DNA of 63,738 bases, the filler included, from Choristocarpus tenellus KU-1152 (taxonomy: Eukaryota > Protista > Phaeophyceae), in the NCBI GenBank assembly GCA_964200185.2. It is 13 parts of 13 records of this genome, joined end to end, with 100 filler letters (N's around TTAATTAATTAA, not from the genome) between each part and the next. Parts side by side here need not be neighbours in the genome. Positions count along the whole stretch, not along the records: positions 49,079 to 52,125 come from CAXNAD020022710.1; positions 52,226 to 60,429 come from CAXNAD020005003.1; positions 60,530 to 63,738 come from CAXNAD020021528.1; 10 more parts are not named here. One strand, given 5' to 3'. Every line of letters begins with the position of its first letter. The first letter of the stretch is position 1. Made by a program: the position numbers and the translations under genes. A model generated the notes under the pieces. It made no database searches. It worked only from the letters and a program-made list of their open reading frames with translations, and was not told the DNA's origin. Shown here piece after piece: positions 51,530 through 63,738 of the stretch.

Positions 51530-51625
51530 GGAGTAGGTAGATAATGAAGTAGGTAGATAATGAAGTAGGTAGGTACTGAAGTAGGTAGATAATGAAGTAG
51601 GTAGGTACTGAAGTAGGTAGGTAAT
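51530..51625. repeat. 16-bp tandem repeat gaagtaggtag(a/g)ta(a/c)t, about 6 copies
   Basis: Directly visible. Confidence 0.9.
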
Positions 51626-52056
51626 GTAAGTTGTCAATTATGTCTTTTCAAAGGGAATGGGTGTGGGGAGATAGATCGGTGTGAAGTTCTTTTTGTGTAT
51701 TATTTAGTTATTTGAATATTTTAAAGCACAATTTTTCGGTGTACATATGTAGGCATACCTTTTTTTATCACCAAAATAAGTCCCACTATAGTACAGGAAC
51801 TGACAAGGCTCCTCTTCTTTTGGGGCTATGATGGATATGTCACAGAATGGGGCACTCCACCCCCCTCCCCCTCCCCCTTCAGTATATAGCATGCAAGCCT
51901 CCCATCCACTTGTACACCCTCTTCATGAGAGGGAAGAATGCTTTTTGATGTGTCGCAGCTCTACTTCTCTCACTCCTGTGTATTGCTATTTATTATGTGA
52001 TACTTAACCCCGATTTCATGTGTTTCATTCCCTACTCTACCCACCTGCCCACCTCC

Positions 52057-52090
<34 letters not shown>

Positions 52091-53603
52091 TCCCCCTGCC
52101 CCCCCTCCCCCCCTCCCCCTCCCCTNNNNNNNNNNNNNNNNNNNNNNNNNNNNNNNNNNNNNNNNNNNNTTAATTAATTAANNNNNNNNNNNNNNNNNNN
52201 NNNNNNNNNNNNNNNNNNNNNNNNNCCGTCACCCCCCCCAGATAGTTTGAGCCAATGCATGGTTTGGTTAATCAGGCAGTATCGCAAAGAACTACTGCTG
52301 TTGTGAGGGAGTTTGGTGAACTTGACGAACAAACCAACTTTAACCAATCGCCGGGTCAGCTAAGACTTGAGCATTGCAAGCCTAGGGTGCCAGGGTGGAA
52401 TGTCTGTTCACTTTGGTCATTCGGTGCACCTAATCAGTGTGCTCCAAATGCCCTAATTTACACCACAAAGTCGCCTCTAGTCCACAAAACACCCTCCACT
52501 CAAATTAACAAGCTCTTACATTGAGTCTATACAACTTGACTAGGAAACAATATAGCCTCCTCCCATCATTTGTACTACCTCACAGTCCCTACTTCTCAAA
52601 GTCATTCGCCCACCACTTTGTCCACATTGTACCTTTATACATTTCATATATATACTCTCTGTCCTACTCTTGGGTTACACTACACCCTCAACCCATATCT
52701 TCCACAGATGCATGAAATGTTCACATAAATTTCACAATGCGTGACAGATGCTACTCCAACACAAATGACTCATCCATATGTAAAAGAACAATTTAACCAA
52801 AACCATCTCACTGCATCTCCTCCTAAAATCGGCTGTATACCCTCTGCCTCAAGCATCTCATCCATGAACCTTTCCCTAATCTTCGTATCATGTTGAACCC
52901 TTCACCCCCGAATTGAACCAGAATGTACCCCTTCAGAGTATGCTCACTTAGGTCATTTTGTTCCCATGGTAGTCCAACACCACAGTGCATCCTGAAGCTG
53001 GAGATAGAGCACATGTACGCTCGGCACACAATTGTTACTTTGTCCTACCTTCACGCAATCAACCCCTTGGTACATACTTCGAAGTACCCAGCATTATATA
53101 TATATACACCCTTCACACCACACCTCCCCAATCTACCACAGTAAACTCCCAGCAGGTATCAAGCGCAACTCATGTACCTACTCAGTCAAGACTGTGCACA
53201 CCCTCCACACCCTACAAAAATTTTACATTACTCAGTCACTTCCCAAATACAATTTTGCATTTTCGGTCCTAAACTAGGTTTCGCCATCACACTACAAACC
53301 CACACAAATTTACCTCATATCCACACCTCTTGGGTGTTAATTGGTGGGGATCCCGCTACTGCTCCTACTGGAACATCATCAAATTGCACCCACCTCCCCA
53401 TGTTCAGCCCCTTCTCTAATGCTATGTGCTGCTATCTTCGTCTGAACTCTATGTCCTCGTCACACTTGATACCCACGCAAATTTACCACAAACACGGCCT
53501 CTATTTCAGAGTAAGCACTGAGTGCTAAAGACCCTATTGTCTATACTGGAACATCACGCTGTAGCCTCTACCTTGAGCTCACATTTCCGATCTGAACACA
53601 ATT

Positions 53604-53785
53604 GACCCAACGTATCTGGGGGGGGGGGGGTTAGGTCTACACCAGGGTGTCCATTTGGACCAAAATCAGGAAAAGTACATACACATTATCCATCCGACGT
53701 ATGCAACCAAATCACGCAAAAATCACGACATGAAAATATGGGCCGCAAATGGACAGCCGCCATCCCCCCTCACATACTTTGAACC
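53604..53785. mobile_element. MITE family A, complete
   Basis: GACCCAACGTATCTGGGG...CACATACTTTGAACC; flanks AATT/ATTT. Confidence 0.88.
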
Positions 53786-54415
53786 ATTTCATCAAATCAT
53801 ACACCCACAAATTTGCCACATAAGCAAACTTCGTGTGTGTATCAAGTGCTAGGGATCAATCAGTCCTTTCACCAATACTACCTTGTCCTCTCAGCCTTGT
53901 ACCCGATTCAACCATCACACTACAAACAAGAAGTGAATTTTACCTCATGCACACTCCATTCATATATCGTCTGATATGAACCCTTCTGTTCCTACTTGAA
54001 CATCACCCTACACCTCGCACCTTCCACCCCCTCTACTATTTCTGTCCGTTTTAACCATAATGTTTTCATGTCTACGCAGTTCTTATCGGGCACAGATATT
54101 CCTTATTCCTTGTTGTACCGCCAGAGCACCATGACTTCTCTACCTGGTATGGTCTCTTCTCTTCTCTGATCCTAGCTTTGCCCACCAACTTCTACCCCAG
54201 CTTCTGCAGTCGATGAAATGGTATAGCATCCACAATGAAGTACTCCGGAGTATATGATACACTGTTACTTTTCTCCACCTCTGAAATGCTGGTGGAATTC
54301 CCGAGATTGTTGGGGAATAGCAATGGAAGGACATGGAGACCTGACCAATGTTGTCAAATTGTCGAGGAAAGAATCTACCACACACCCCTACATCACAGGC
54401 ATGCTGCCAGCATCT

Positions 54416-54591
54416 GACCCAAAGTATCAGAGGGGGGGTGGCGGCTGTCCATTTGGGGTCAATTTTTCATGCCGCCATTTTAGAGTGATTTGATTGTATG
54501 CGTTGGATGGATAATGTAAATGCACTTTTCCCGATTTTGAGCCAAGGGTTACCCTGGTGTAGATCCCCCCCCCTCCTAGATACTTTGAGTC
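54416..54591. mobile_element. MITE family A, complete
   Basis: GACCCAAAGTATC...GATACTTTGAGTC; TSD ATCT. Confidence 0.92.
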
Positions 54592-55625
54592 ATCTCCCGA
54601 CCACCAACATCCATGGAGCATTGCCTTGGTCGTAGCATCCTTAACTTGCTCATTATTGACTCACCTCTGTGGGCACATGGAGGAAATATTTTCCTTCTTG
54701 TCCCCAACCATCTCAACCTACTCTGATCTAATCTGAACAGGAACTTCGTTTGAAAATGGTGTGCTACGGACCACTTTGTAAATCAGTCCAATTGCTTGGT
54801 TGTTAGGCGGGGAAGCCAACCACTTGTACCAATTCTTTGTTATGTCCACAAGGAGTCATTGTGTGAATGACTTTAGAGCAAGCTTGCCTCATGCACCGCT
54901 AAGGGAGGGTTCACATTCTTCACTACAAAGAGCACATTGTTCCTCTCTCGGGGTAAGCATGGTGCTATATCGCACGTTGTTTAGTGACCTTTGTGCATGC
55001 TCATCACACCAATACAGTCTAACGCAACCAGGCCAGCCGTGATTAAATTGTTGGGGTAGATTTACATATCATGCGCGTTCACTCCTGCTTAGAAAAAACA
55101 TGCGCACAAATGCTTACTGTTAACAACTTCACTGAGCCAAAGAATCATTGCAAATGGTAGCAGGGGTGGTGGATGGAACAACCAAGCTCTATCTCCTATT
55201 GATCTGAAAACAACTACTACATATATAGCTGTATATCTGTCACAACAAGCAAAACTAGACGGATAGTTGTAAAGAGTTGTAAGGCATAAACCACCTTTAT
55301 CTGGACCTGATCGCCATTTTCTCCCTCAACTTCTGCAGGTAACCAGACAACAAAACGTTGTTTAGCAAGGGCTCTGATGTGCATCAGTCCCAATAACATG
55401 CACAGCATCAACCTGTAGCTGCCCTCTCTGGCAATCTAGGAAACATGAAAATGTGCCACAATGTGTGCCCTTGGGATGTGTGCGTAGTGATAGCCCAGCA
55501 CAGGGCTAGGCCAATTTGCTGTTGTGATCACTGCTTATACCCTGCTTTGTCATTCACAAGAGGACAAAACCTTGATAGAAGGGATGAGGAATAATCCCGG
55601 GCAAACATTGAGCAAGAATATTGAA

Positions 55626-55885
55626 GAGTCAAAGTATCTTAGAGGGTAGAGCCGCGTCCATATGGGGGCCGAAATCCAATGTTGCAATTTTGATGTAATT
55701 TTGGCTATCGTGTCTGTTAGCAAGTTGTCAATATCCTTATTCTGGACACATCTTTTCATAATATATACATTTTACCTACTCTGAAACATTTTGGAGTAGG
55801 TAAAATGCCATTAATAACCCGGGGGAAGCCAAGGCCCAAATGGACAAACAGGGAAAAACTCGTACCCTCTAAGATACTTTCACTC
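55626..55885. mobile_element. MITE family B, complete
   Basis: GAGTCAAAGTATCTTAGAGGGTA...TACCCTCTAAGATACTTTCACTC; TSD TGAA. Confidence 0.92.
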
Positions 55886-57280
55886 TGAAGCCATGCTCCT
55901 CACAGATTTGGCTCCAGCAGTTTACATTGTTTTTTCTCCTCTGTCGGCTAGAGCCGTGAACCTCCTCCTCTCAGTCAGTTTCAACGCGAGCTATTTCCCT
56001 TGCTACTTCTTTTACATCAGGTTGTGCTGTCACTCTCTTTCTTTCGACCTAATATCAAGCTGCCCTCCTCGCAATTGTCGATCAGAAAGAACTGTCACCG
56101 ACTTTCCATGCATCCATGCACCAATGATTTCCAAGAATATATACATATATTACCGACTAAAGCTTTTGGTTCATGGACAAAACATTCTACAATAAAATGT
56201 ATAGGACATTGAGTGGAGCCGCTAAGCATGGGTAGAATACAGACAACCAGGAGGTCATCAAATTGTTTTCACTTGCACTCCCTATATAATATGCAAGAGA
56301 AAGAGTGGCATGATGAACCAGTGAAGAGACTGTCTTAACACCAAACACGAGACCGTTCAACCAGGCTCACCAAATTAATGCAGGAATGCCCTTCATCGCG
56401 AGTGTGTATGCAAATACACACAGAACACACGGGCTGTTAAAGAACTGATCTTCCCAAGACATGTGTATGTAAATGACTTATTTCCTTAGTGGCTTGAACA
56501 AGTTGTAGATGAAGTAAGGAAGGAGAAAGGAGAAGTGAGCTTTCAAGCCCAAGGGGGGGGGTCCTTGCTACCAAATCAATCCTATTCAATGGACCAGTAA
56601 TCACAAACCACAGATTAATTGCTACAATTTTTCCTATTCCTGAATTCTTATGATACTGCATTAACCTGGATATTGTTCTCTTGGTCACTCAACGGAAAGA
56701 TTCATGTCTCAACTATCCAGATATCCAATAGTTCTCCAACAACTCTCTAAATATCCAACAACGGATTGTTCCTTGTAAGTATTTTCCCACATGAATTTAA
56801 AGCATAATCTTGACACGGGCCAAAAGCGTATAAAGGAACTCCACTTTGGTATGAATGTGACCAATCTCCACGAAATTTGTGTCTTGTGAGAGCCACAAAA
56901 AGTAGCAATAATTGGAGACAATGTAAAAAACCGATATCTATTCTCAAGTGGGTCTTGAAAGTCACCTTCAGCATGTTGAAGATAGTTGACCCTGAAGAAA
57001 TAAACTAGGAAATACAGACTACGAAATTCCATTGTGGTAACTGTACTGAGTTACCAGTCTGATTGCAACATATAGCTCCTGTGTCAGTGTAGTGCTGTCA
57101 AACTACAAGCCATATCAGGGAAACAGAAAAAGCTGAAAATGTGACGAATGGGAGACTACATGGCATTGATAGTGTCCCATTGTATCAAATCGTATTTCGT
57201 GGTCAATTCTTGATCGAGACAATACTTTCCGTGGCTTACAACAATAGCCAGTCATTGGGGGCAAGGCTCTCACTAGTTTG

Positions 57281-57538
57281 GAGTCAAATTATCTTAGAGG
57301 GTAGAGCCGCGTCCATTTGGTGGTTAAAATCCCATGTTGCGATTTGATGTAATTTTGGCTATCATGTTTGTTAGGAAGTGTCAATATCCATGTTCCGGAC
57401 ACACCTTTTCGTAACGTACACACTTTACCTACTCCGAAACATTTTGGAATGGGAAAATGTCATGAAAGAACCCATGGGAAGCCAAGCACTAAATGGACAA
57501 ACAGGGCAAAACTCATACCCTCTAAGATACTTTCACTC
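57281..57538. mobile_element. MITE family B, complete
   Basis: GAGTCAAATTATCTTAGAGGGTA...TACCCTCTAAGATACTTTCACTC; TSD imperfect. Confidence 0.9.
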
Positions 57539-58098
57539 TTGATTCTAGTGAGTGTCCGAGAGCAATTGTTAACTGATTTTCCACTATTCAAAAATAACAC
57601 AATATCTTCCTCTAGGCTTCTCCAAAATATGATGTCCATCTCCTTTTTTCCATGCAAGAGCGTACAAGATCAAGGGGTACATCAATCTTTACATCACATA
57701 TTCGATGCCTGTCTGCCAAATTCGTGTCATTTTATAGCATTGGTAACCTCGAAACCTAGGAATGGAGGGTGCTTATCAGGGTGGGTACACGTTAAGGGTG
57801 GTTCCACCATTGGGATGCCATAATGACAATCGTTTTTGTAGTTCATCTGCAAGCCCTTACAGCTCAGCAAGCATTTAACACTCTACTGTACTGCACTGGG
57901 TGTGAGCTAAAGAATAGCCATAGTGCCTACCATACGTTGCTTGAACAAGGGTGAGCTAGTCAAAGGAAGAGGAGACCAGGTCTAATGAAGAATGCGCGAA
58001 AATGATAACTGCACAGCCCGAGTGCTTCGGGTATTGTAAATCATGTAAGTCACAGCAGTCGGAGAATTGCAAGCACTGTAGTCCGTCCTACAGCTCAC

Positions 58099-60088
58099 CT
58101 GCTGCACCGTTGTTTGTCACAGTAAAATCCCCCATCACGCTCAGACTAGAGTCCCAGATGTCAATTGCTCCACCAGAAGAAGCTGTCACATTGGAAAGTG
58201 TAGGATTAATCTTTTGTGTGGAATGGGTACAACAAGCACATGTTTCAACGTCCATTTTTTTATGCACAAAAGATTGGCTAAAATGACTGTCGTATGGATG
58301 TTGAAATGGTAATATGCTAGTATCGTCATAAATATTGACACCTGCGGCTTTGCATGACAAATCCTACAACCCCAAGTTGAGACTTTTATTGTTTGCCCAC
58401 AATTTATAATGACATAATCCTATCAAAGGTAATGTATCTATCTATGTGTGGAAACTGTGCGTAGAGTCCATCTTTGAAGTGGCTGATTGGGAATTGGCTC
58501 AAAGTATCTGGGGTGGGGGTGGTTCTACACCAGGGTGTCCATTTGGGTCCTGACCAAAAGAACTGCACTTACATTATCCATATGACGCATGGAACCAAAT
58601 CAACCAAAATTCGCGACATGAAAAATGGGCCCCAAATGGACAGTCGCCACTTTCCCCAAGATATTTTGAGTCAATTACAATTATGAAGGCACGACAGGTT
58701 CTGAGGACCTTGGAAGATAACACAACTAGTATCAGGTCGCAGCGCACAGGGGAGCCCCCCTGTCTTCGGGACCCCACTGTTATGATTTTTCCAATCTTCT
58801 TCGCACTCTTATTGATAATCTATCCCTAAACCTAACCCCAACACTAATTTGCGTGTTAAAAGTGAGTCAAAGTATCTTAGAGGGTACGGGTTTTGCCCCG
58901 TTTGTCTATTTGGGGCTTGGTTTCTCATGGGTTCTTTTATGGCATTTTCCTACTCCAAAATGTTTCGGAGTAGGTAAAATGTATATGTTCTGAAAAGTTT
59001 TATCTGGAACATGGATATTGACACTTCCCAACAAACACGATAGGCAAAATCACATCACAATCGCAACATTGGATTTTAGCCCCCAAATGGACGCGGCTCT
59101 ACCCTCTAAGATACTTTGACTCAAGTACCCTTAACCAATCAAAAACATTTAGGACTACAGTGTGTACTGGGGAACAACCTCTCAAGGATCCGCCACCTAA
59201 CGTTTTCACACTCATTTTCAAGAATCTAACTCTACCCCTAAACCTAAGCTGTGTATGAGAAATGACCGCAATTTTTGTTTGAAGAAGTGGGAAAGGTATG
59301 AAAGTGGGGGGGCAGAGAGAGGGGCTCCCCTGTGCACTTCAACGTTCGGGGCAAATCATCCCCTCAAAATGCTCAACAGAATGGTTGGAGTACAGGTAGA
59401 AGAGAAGGGAGGGGTTTCAGACGATAGTTAATATATTCACACGACTTCGCGACAATGATACCCACTAATATCTGTATCTCCGAATTTTACAAATATATAG
59501 ATTAAATCTTGTAAACGTGCGTAACTGTGTGTAGACTCGTTTCCACCCTATTTTATAGGTGAGACTGGCTGCAGCATGGCAAGAATCACAGAGTATTCTA
59601 AAACGGAGAGAGCTTCACCTGCCCGATTCTCTCTGCAACTTGACTCGCCCTTGATGACGATGATACTTGATGTATCACCGTGTATTGCTCCACTCGACCC
59701 CTCCGCTACATTATCTTCGAAGACGCAGCTCTCCACTGTTACGAGGGAGTCAATAGCATTGATCGCACCACCCGACTCCGAGGCATTTCCATTGGACAAG
59801 GTAAGGTTGAGGAGGTGCAGCTCAGCCTCAGATACAGAGAAGAGTTGATGAATGTTGCCACCATCCACAGTCGAGGTTGAATCTGTGCCACAAATGTAGA
59901 AGACGACACCATCAACAGCAGAAATTATGGCGTTGATAACAACATGCCCTCTCCAGTCCACCACAAGGATGACTCCAGTCGAGTCTGCCAATTCTTGGAC
60001 CAAACGATTGGCCCCATCTGCGTCCTCTACGGTGAGGTTGAAGGGAGCTGGGCATAACGACCCCAACACGCTCCCTGCCCTCAGCAGA
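58099..60088 (-). CDS. Adhesin-like / polymorphic-membrane-protein (GGA[I/L]...FxxN) beta-helix repeat protein, partial
   Basis: Exon 60088-59619: VDWRGHVVIN...VDGGNIHQLFSVSEAELHLLNLTLSNGNASESGGAINAIDS...FEDNVAEGSSGAIH. Exon ~58210-58099: SSGGAIDIWDSSLSVMGDFTVTNN. Intermediate exons are unresolved. Confidence 0.75.
58496..58672. mobile_element. MITE family A, complete and intronic
   Basis: GGCTCAAAGTATCTGGGG...AGATATTTTGAGTC; TSD AATT. Confidence 0.92.
58864..59122. mobile_element. MITE family B, complete and intronic
   Basis: Perfect 23-bp TIR GAGTCAAAGTATCTTAGAGGGTA; TSD AAGT. Confidence 0.94.
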
Positions 60089-61062
60089 CTGCAAACAAAG
60101 CTGGCAACACAAGGCGAGAAATCATGGATATCGCACCGAAAACCAAATCTAAACTCGTTTTCTAACCCTTACTCCTGTGACGTGCCAGACTATATTCCAG
60201 GGATATAGGTGTTGTCCAAAAATCGGTCTCAATTACATAGATCTTTCAACTATTAGTGTGTACAGTAGGTGTTAAAAAATAGGCTACTCATTTGTTCCTT
60301 GTTGATATGATACACATCTACCAGCTTGTACTGACTGTTGATTGATGCACTGCACTGGTTGTTAGTGTTCATTTATTTATTGCGCATTCCAACTCATCAT
60401 CACATCGGTGACAGTAGATAGAAGTACAGNNNNNNNNNNNNNNNNNNNNNNNNNNNNNNNNNNNNNNNNNNNNTTAATTAATTAANNNNNNNNNNNNNNN
60501 NNNNNNNNNNNNNNNNNNNNNNNNNNNNNAGCCTATGTTTTAGGTACAGAGTGTACAAAGACTAGGGGAGGCTGATACCTTCAGTCCCACATGCAGGGAG
60601 GTTGTTCATCCAGGTCAACAAACAAAACCCAACTTCCATCCCTCTTACAAGGCATTTGCGACATGTGAAGCAGGCACGCAGGGATGTATGTACCAGTGTG
60701 AAAGCACCAATAGACACAAATCGGGACTGCATCAAACATGCTTGGGTGCCTGCCATGCAACAAAAGTCTACCCTCCCTCCTCCCCACCCCAAACACAAAC
60801 ACAAACCCTCCCTCCTATGTGAACACATCGGTGGTGGTTGGCACTACCATTATCATTACCATTACCTTTCAAGTTCAGAACAGGAAAACCCATCATCCCT
60901 ACCATTATTGAGTTTATCATTACTAACACAAACCTGGTAACTCAACACTCAATACAGCAAGACACAAAAGCGTACAATACACCCAACATCCAACAAACAC
61001 ACACTTGAGAAAAAAAGAAAGTCAAATGCCCTTGTAACCGCCATTGTAACTGCCATTGCAAC

Positions 61063-63339
61063 CTGCGTTTCCTGCTGCGTGGCCCTTGACATGAACTGGT
61101 GGATCTCATTGTGTGCCTGTGACATGGTCTTGTAGTCCCTCTCCATTCGACCCACAGTGAGGGTTTCGTTGTAAGCGGCCATGGCAAGGAGCGGGAGCGC
61201 TGCCTCCCCCAGGCGTGCCCCAGCCTTGATGTGAAAGAAAAGTAAGCAAGCACCAAATACAATGTGTGCACGTGGATGGAGTGAGAAGGTGGTTTATTAC
61301 TATTACTGAAATAGCAGTTATCAATATGCTTACTCAATTAGTGATGATCTTGGGAAAGGTGTTGTTCATGTTTTGGTAGAGATACAGAGTTTGGAGAAAT
61401 GAAAACTCCACAGTTGTAACCCTAACCCTAACCCTCTATTGCCTTATCAAACAGAAAGCTCTCAAAAAGTGTGCAAAGTTCAAGAAGAGGATCAACACAT
61501 TTGAGTTTCACCATGGATGGCGTGATACAAATACACGAATTGCACATCATTCCATGTACCATACACTGACAGTACAAGGTTATTTCTTTGTACACACTTG
61601 CATGCTATCTTGGTATAGTCAGGTACAAAAATGTGTCAAGGCATAATAGGGTCATTCAATGAGGGTCCCCAGTTCCAAAAACAAAGAGAACAATTACCTT
61701 CCGATTTCTCAATTTCCTTTCTATGAACTCTCTATCTCCGCAACCTCTCCCTGTTGTAAGACATGACCTTAGAACCAGGCATTATATTCAAATATAGGTA
61801 CACATGCATGTGCGTGTATGTGTGTGTGTGTGGGGGGGGGGGGGAAGAGGCCACTGATACCTGGTTTGCGTGTCCAATAATGTCTCTCTTGAGGTCGGTA
61901 AGGTTATTCCAAGGGCGTGGCCTTGAAGATGCATTATCCTCCTCTATCTGGTTCTTGAGGTAGTTGATGCGGGGTCCAACTGTATAGCTATGCATGCTGA
62001 AGGCCTTCGGTTTCCACAGCTGGTCCCAGATAGGCAAGCACCTGAGAACATAGTGCGGACAACACATATTCAAAGTAACACAGTGGGACAACACATGATT
62101 CAAAGTAACACATTGGGACAACACATGATTCAAAGTAACATAGTGCGGACAACACATGATTCAAAGTAACACATTGGGACAACACATGATTCAAAGTAAC
62201 ATAGTGCGGACAACACATGATTCAAAGTAACACATTGGGACAACACATGATTCAAAGTAACACAGTGGGACAACACATGATTCAAAGTAGCACATTGGGA
62301 CAACACATGATTCAAAGTAACACATTGGGTGAGGTGTTAGCACAATTGACATGCCTCCTTTGCAAGTATCCCATTGTTGCACTGTCTTGCACTGTATTGT
62401 ATTACAACACTCCTTGCATTCATCAAATGATATATAAGAAGGGTACCTACAGTACACCCTTCCCACACGTACAATCTCAATCAGGGGTTCTTAACCAACA
62501 CTATGCAATGTGAGTATATGTGTTTTCAATATAGTATGTTTGATACTGCACACAACTGACTGCTGTACATCCCAACAACAACCCTTGTCTCTCCACACAA
62601 CCTGTGAGTCCCTTTGGAACAACGACACGGTTTCACAAATACTCCACTACTTTCAGTGATAACACATACACATACAACCCCTCACAAAAATTCTACATGT
62701 GTCTCTTGTCTTCACCACCTACTGAATAGAGCACAGCACATACCATAAAAACTCCAATACCATAATAAACACAGAGCACATAAGACCCCACTGGATCCAA
62801 CAAAAGGCAATAATTCTCCCGGTGGGGAAGTTGCTGTGATATCAGGTGATCAACTAATAATGTTGAATAAGATCCACTTGGCACCTACTGAGCCCCACCA
62901 ATACAGCAACCTTTAGTGGTGGCACACTTAATTCCTCCATCAAACAAGCGTACACTATACCACTCCACAAACACACTATTAATACTATTACACTACTATG
63001 TACTACTTGACCAACCCATTCCCAGACCATCAACAGATAAATAACTCTGAAACCTTAAACCTCAGGTCCCCGCTTCCACCTCAACATGTATCTTTGGAAC
63101 AGTATACTCAAAACCAGCCTCAACCAATCTGGGTGTTCCCATTGGGTGCGGCAGTTATTCACTTGTAACCATTAATACTAAATAATACTAAATAATACAA
63201 CAATTATTCACACACAAACCTCTTAAATCCTTGGTAGATCTCCACCAAGCACTGACCCTGCTCCGCATCATTATTGAGCATCTGGTGGTACTCAGTTAGT
63301 GTGAACAGCCAGTCTGCTCTGTGTATTGGGAGCTCAGTA
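61063..63339 (-). CDS. DOCK-family Rho/Rac GEF, DHR-2 lobe A region, three internal exons
   Basis: Exons 63339-63220 (LPIHRADWLFTLTEYHQMLNNDAEQGQCLV), 62041-61861 and 61224-61063 (AGARLGEAAL...ERDYKTMSQAHNEIHQF) splice in frame. They resemble DOCK PELRxTWL...H...EAAxC and RDYxxLxxxYxxL. Confidence 0.65.
62047..62328. repeat. 30/31-bp minisatellite, about 9.5 copies, intronic
   Basis: caacacatgattcaaagtaacacattggga with variants cagtggga and atagtgcgga. Confidence 0.95.
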
Positions 63340-63738
63340 CTGTGGGGATAACAACGTTTAGTTAATGTGAGGGGTTTGGTTAGCTTCATAAGGTGTCGTT
63401 TGGTTTTAACCAACAGGACAAAGAACACAAAAAACACACAGATGATTATCCAGTCAACCAAACAAACACCAACCCCCACTCCAACATAAATAGAGCCGCC
63501 CCCCCCCCCCTCCCCCTGCTGCCAACAAAACACTCAATCCTGCTGGAACAGGAAATATAGTGTTCTCTTGAAGAGGATGAAGTATGGTAAGGCTTGGCAG
63601 GGCCAAAACTTCATACAGGCTATGCATCTTACCATCTCTGGCAACATTTGAGGAGAAATTAGACAAGTGATTGGTATGCGATTTAAGGTTTGGGGGGAGG
63701 AGAAAGAGTATAGTTTTTTTTTTTTTATGACATGGGGG

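Noticed and set aside
62047-62328. 30/31-bp array as CRISPR or as a coding repeat (MIQSNTLGQH ORFs)
   Set aside because: Head-to-tail repeats without spacers, lying in an intron of the DOCK-like gene.
1-63738. Fanzor/TnpB, viral (NCLDV) or prokaryotic defence genes
   Set aside because: I saw no RuvC/zinc-finger, capsid, polymerase or operon-like signatures in the ORF track or in the segments I translated; heavily decayed remnants could be missed.

Overview
Fragmented eukaryotic nuclear DNA, not a contiguous locus. Thirteen short contigs are joined by identical artificial 100-bp linkers (N44-TTAATTAATTAA-N44), so adjacency across a linker means nothing. Intron-rich GT-AG genes, an adhesin-like beta-helix gene, CRE- and RTE-type LINE remnants and scattered TTAGGG tracts suggest a brown alga or close stramenopile relative (inference). 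Host genes: one intact intronless glutathione S-transferase, one intact tRNA-Gly(GCC), and partial spliced genes for nicolin-1, an RCC1-repeat protein, an F-box plus Tudor-like protein, an ankyrin protein, an adhesin-like protein and a DOCK-family GEF. The rest is mostly decayed transposons (PIF/Harbinger, DD39D-type mariner, Copia, LINEs), about 30 MITE copies or fragments, and tandem repeats. Most complete MITE copies have 4-bp target-site duplications, as in Sola elements. The best candidate for an undescribed system is contig 4581-8868. There a spliced ParB/sulfiredoxin-domain gene (DGNHR motif) sits head-to-head with a Sola-like transposase N-terminus, separated by a palindrome-bearing ~270-bp tandem array. 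Other notable signals are a higher-order tandem array built from tRNA-Gly, RCC1 repeats each encoded by an exact 180-bp exon, and CpG-biased decay of repeats. All family calls come from motif recognition by eye; no searches were run.
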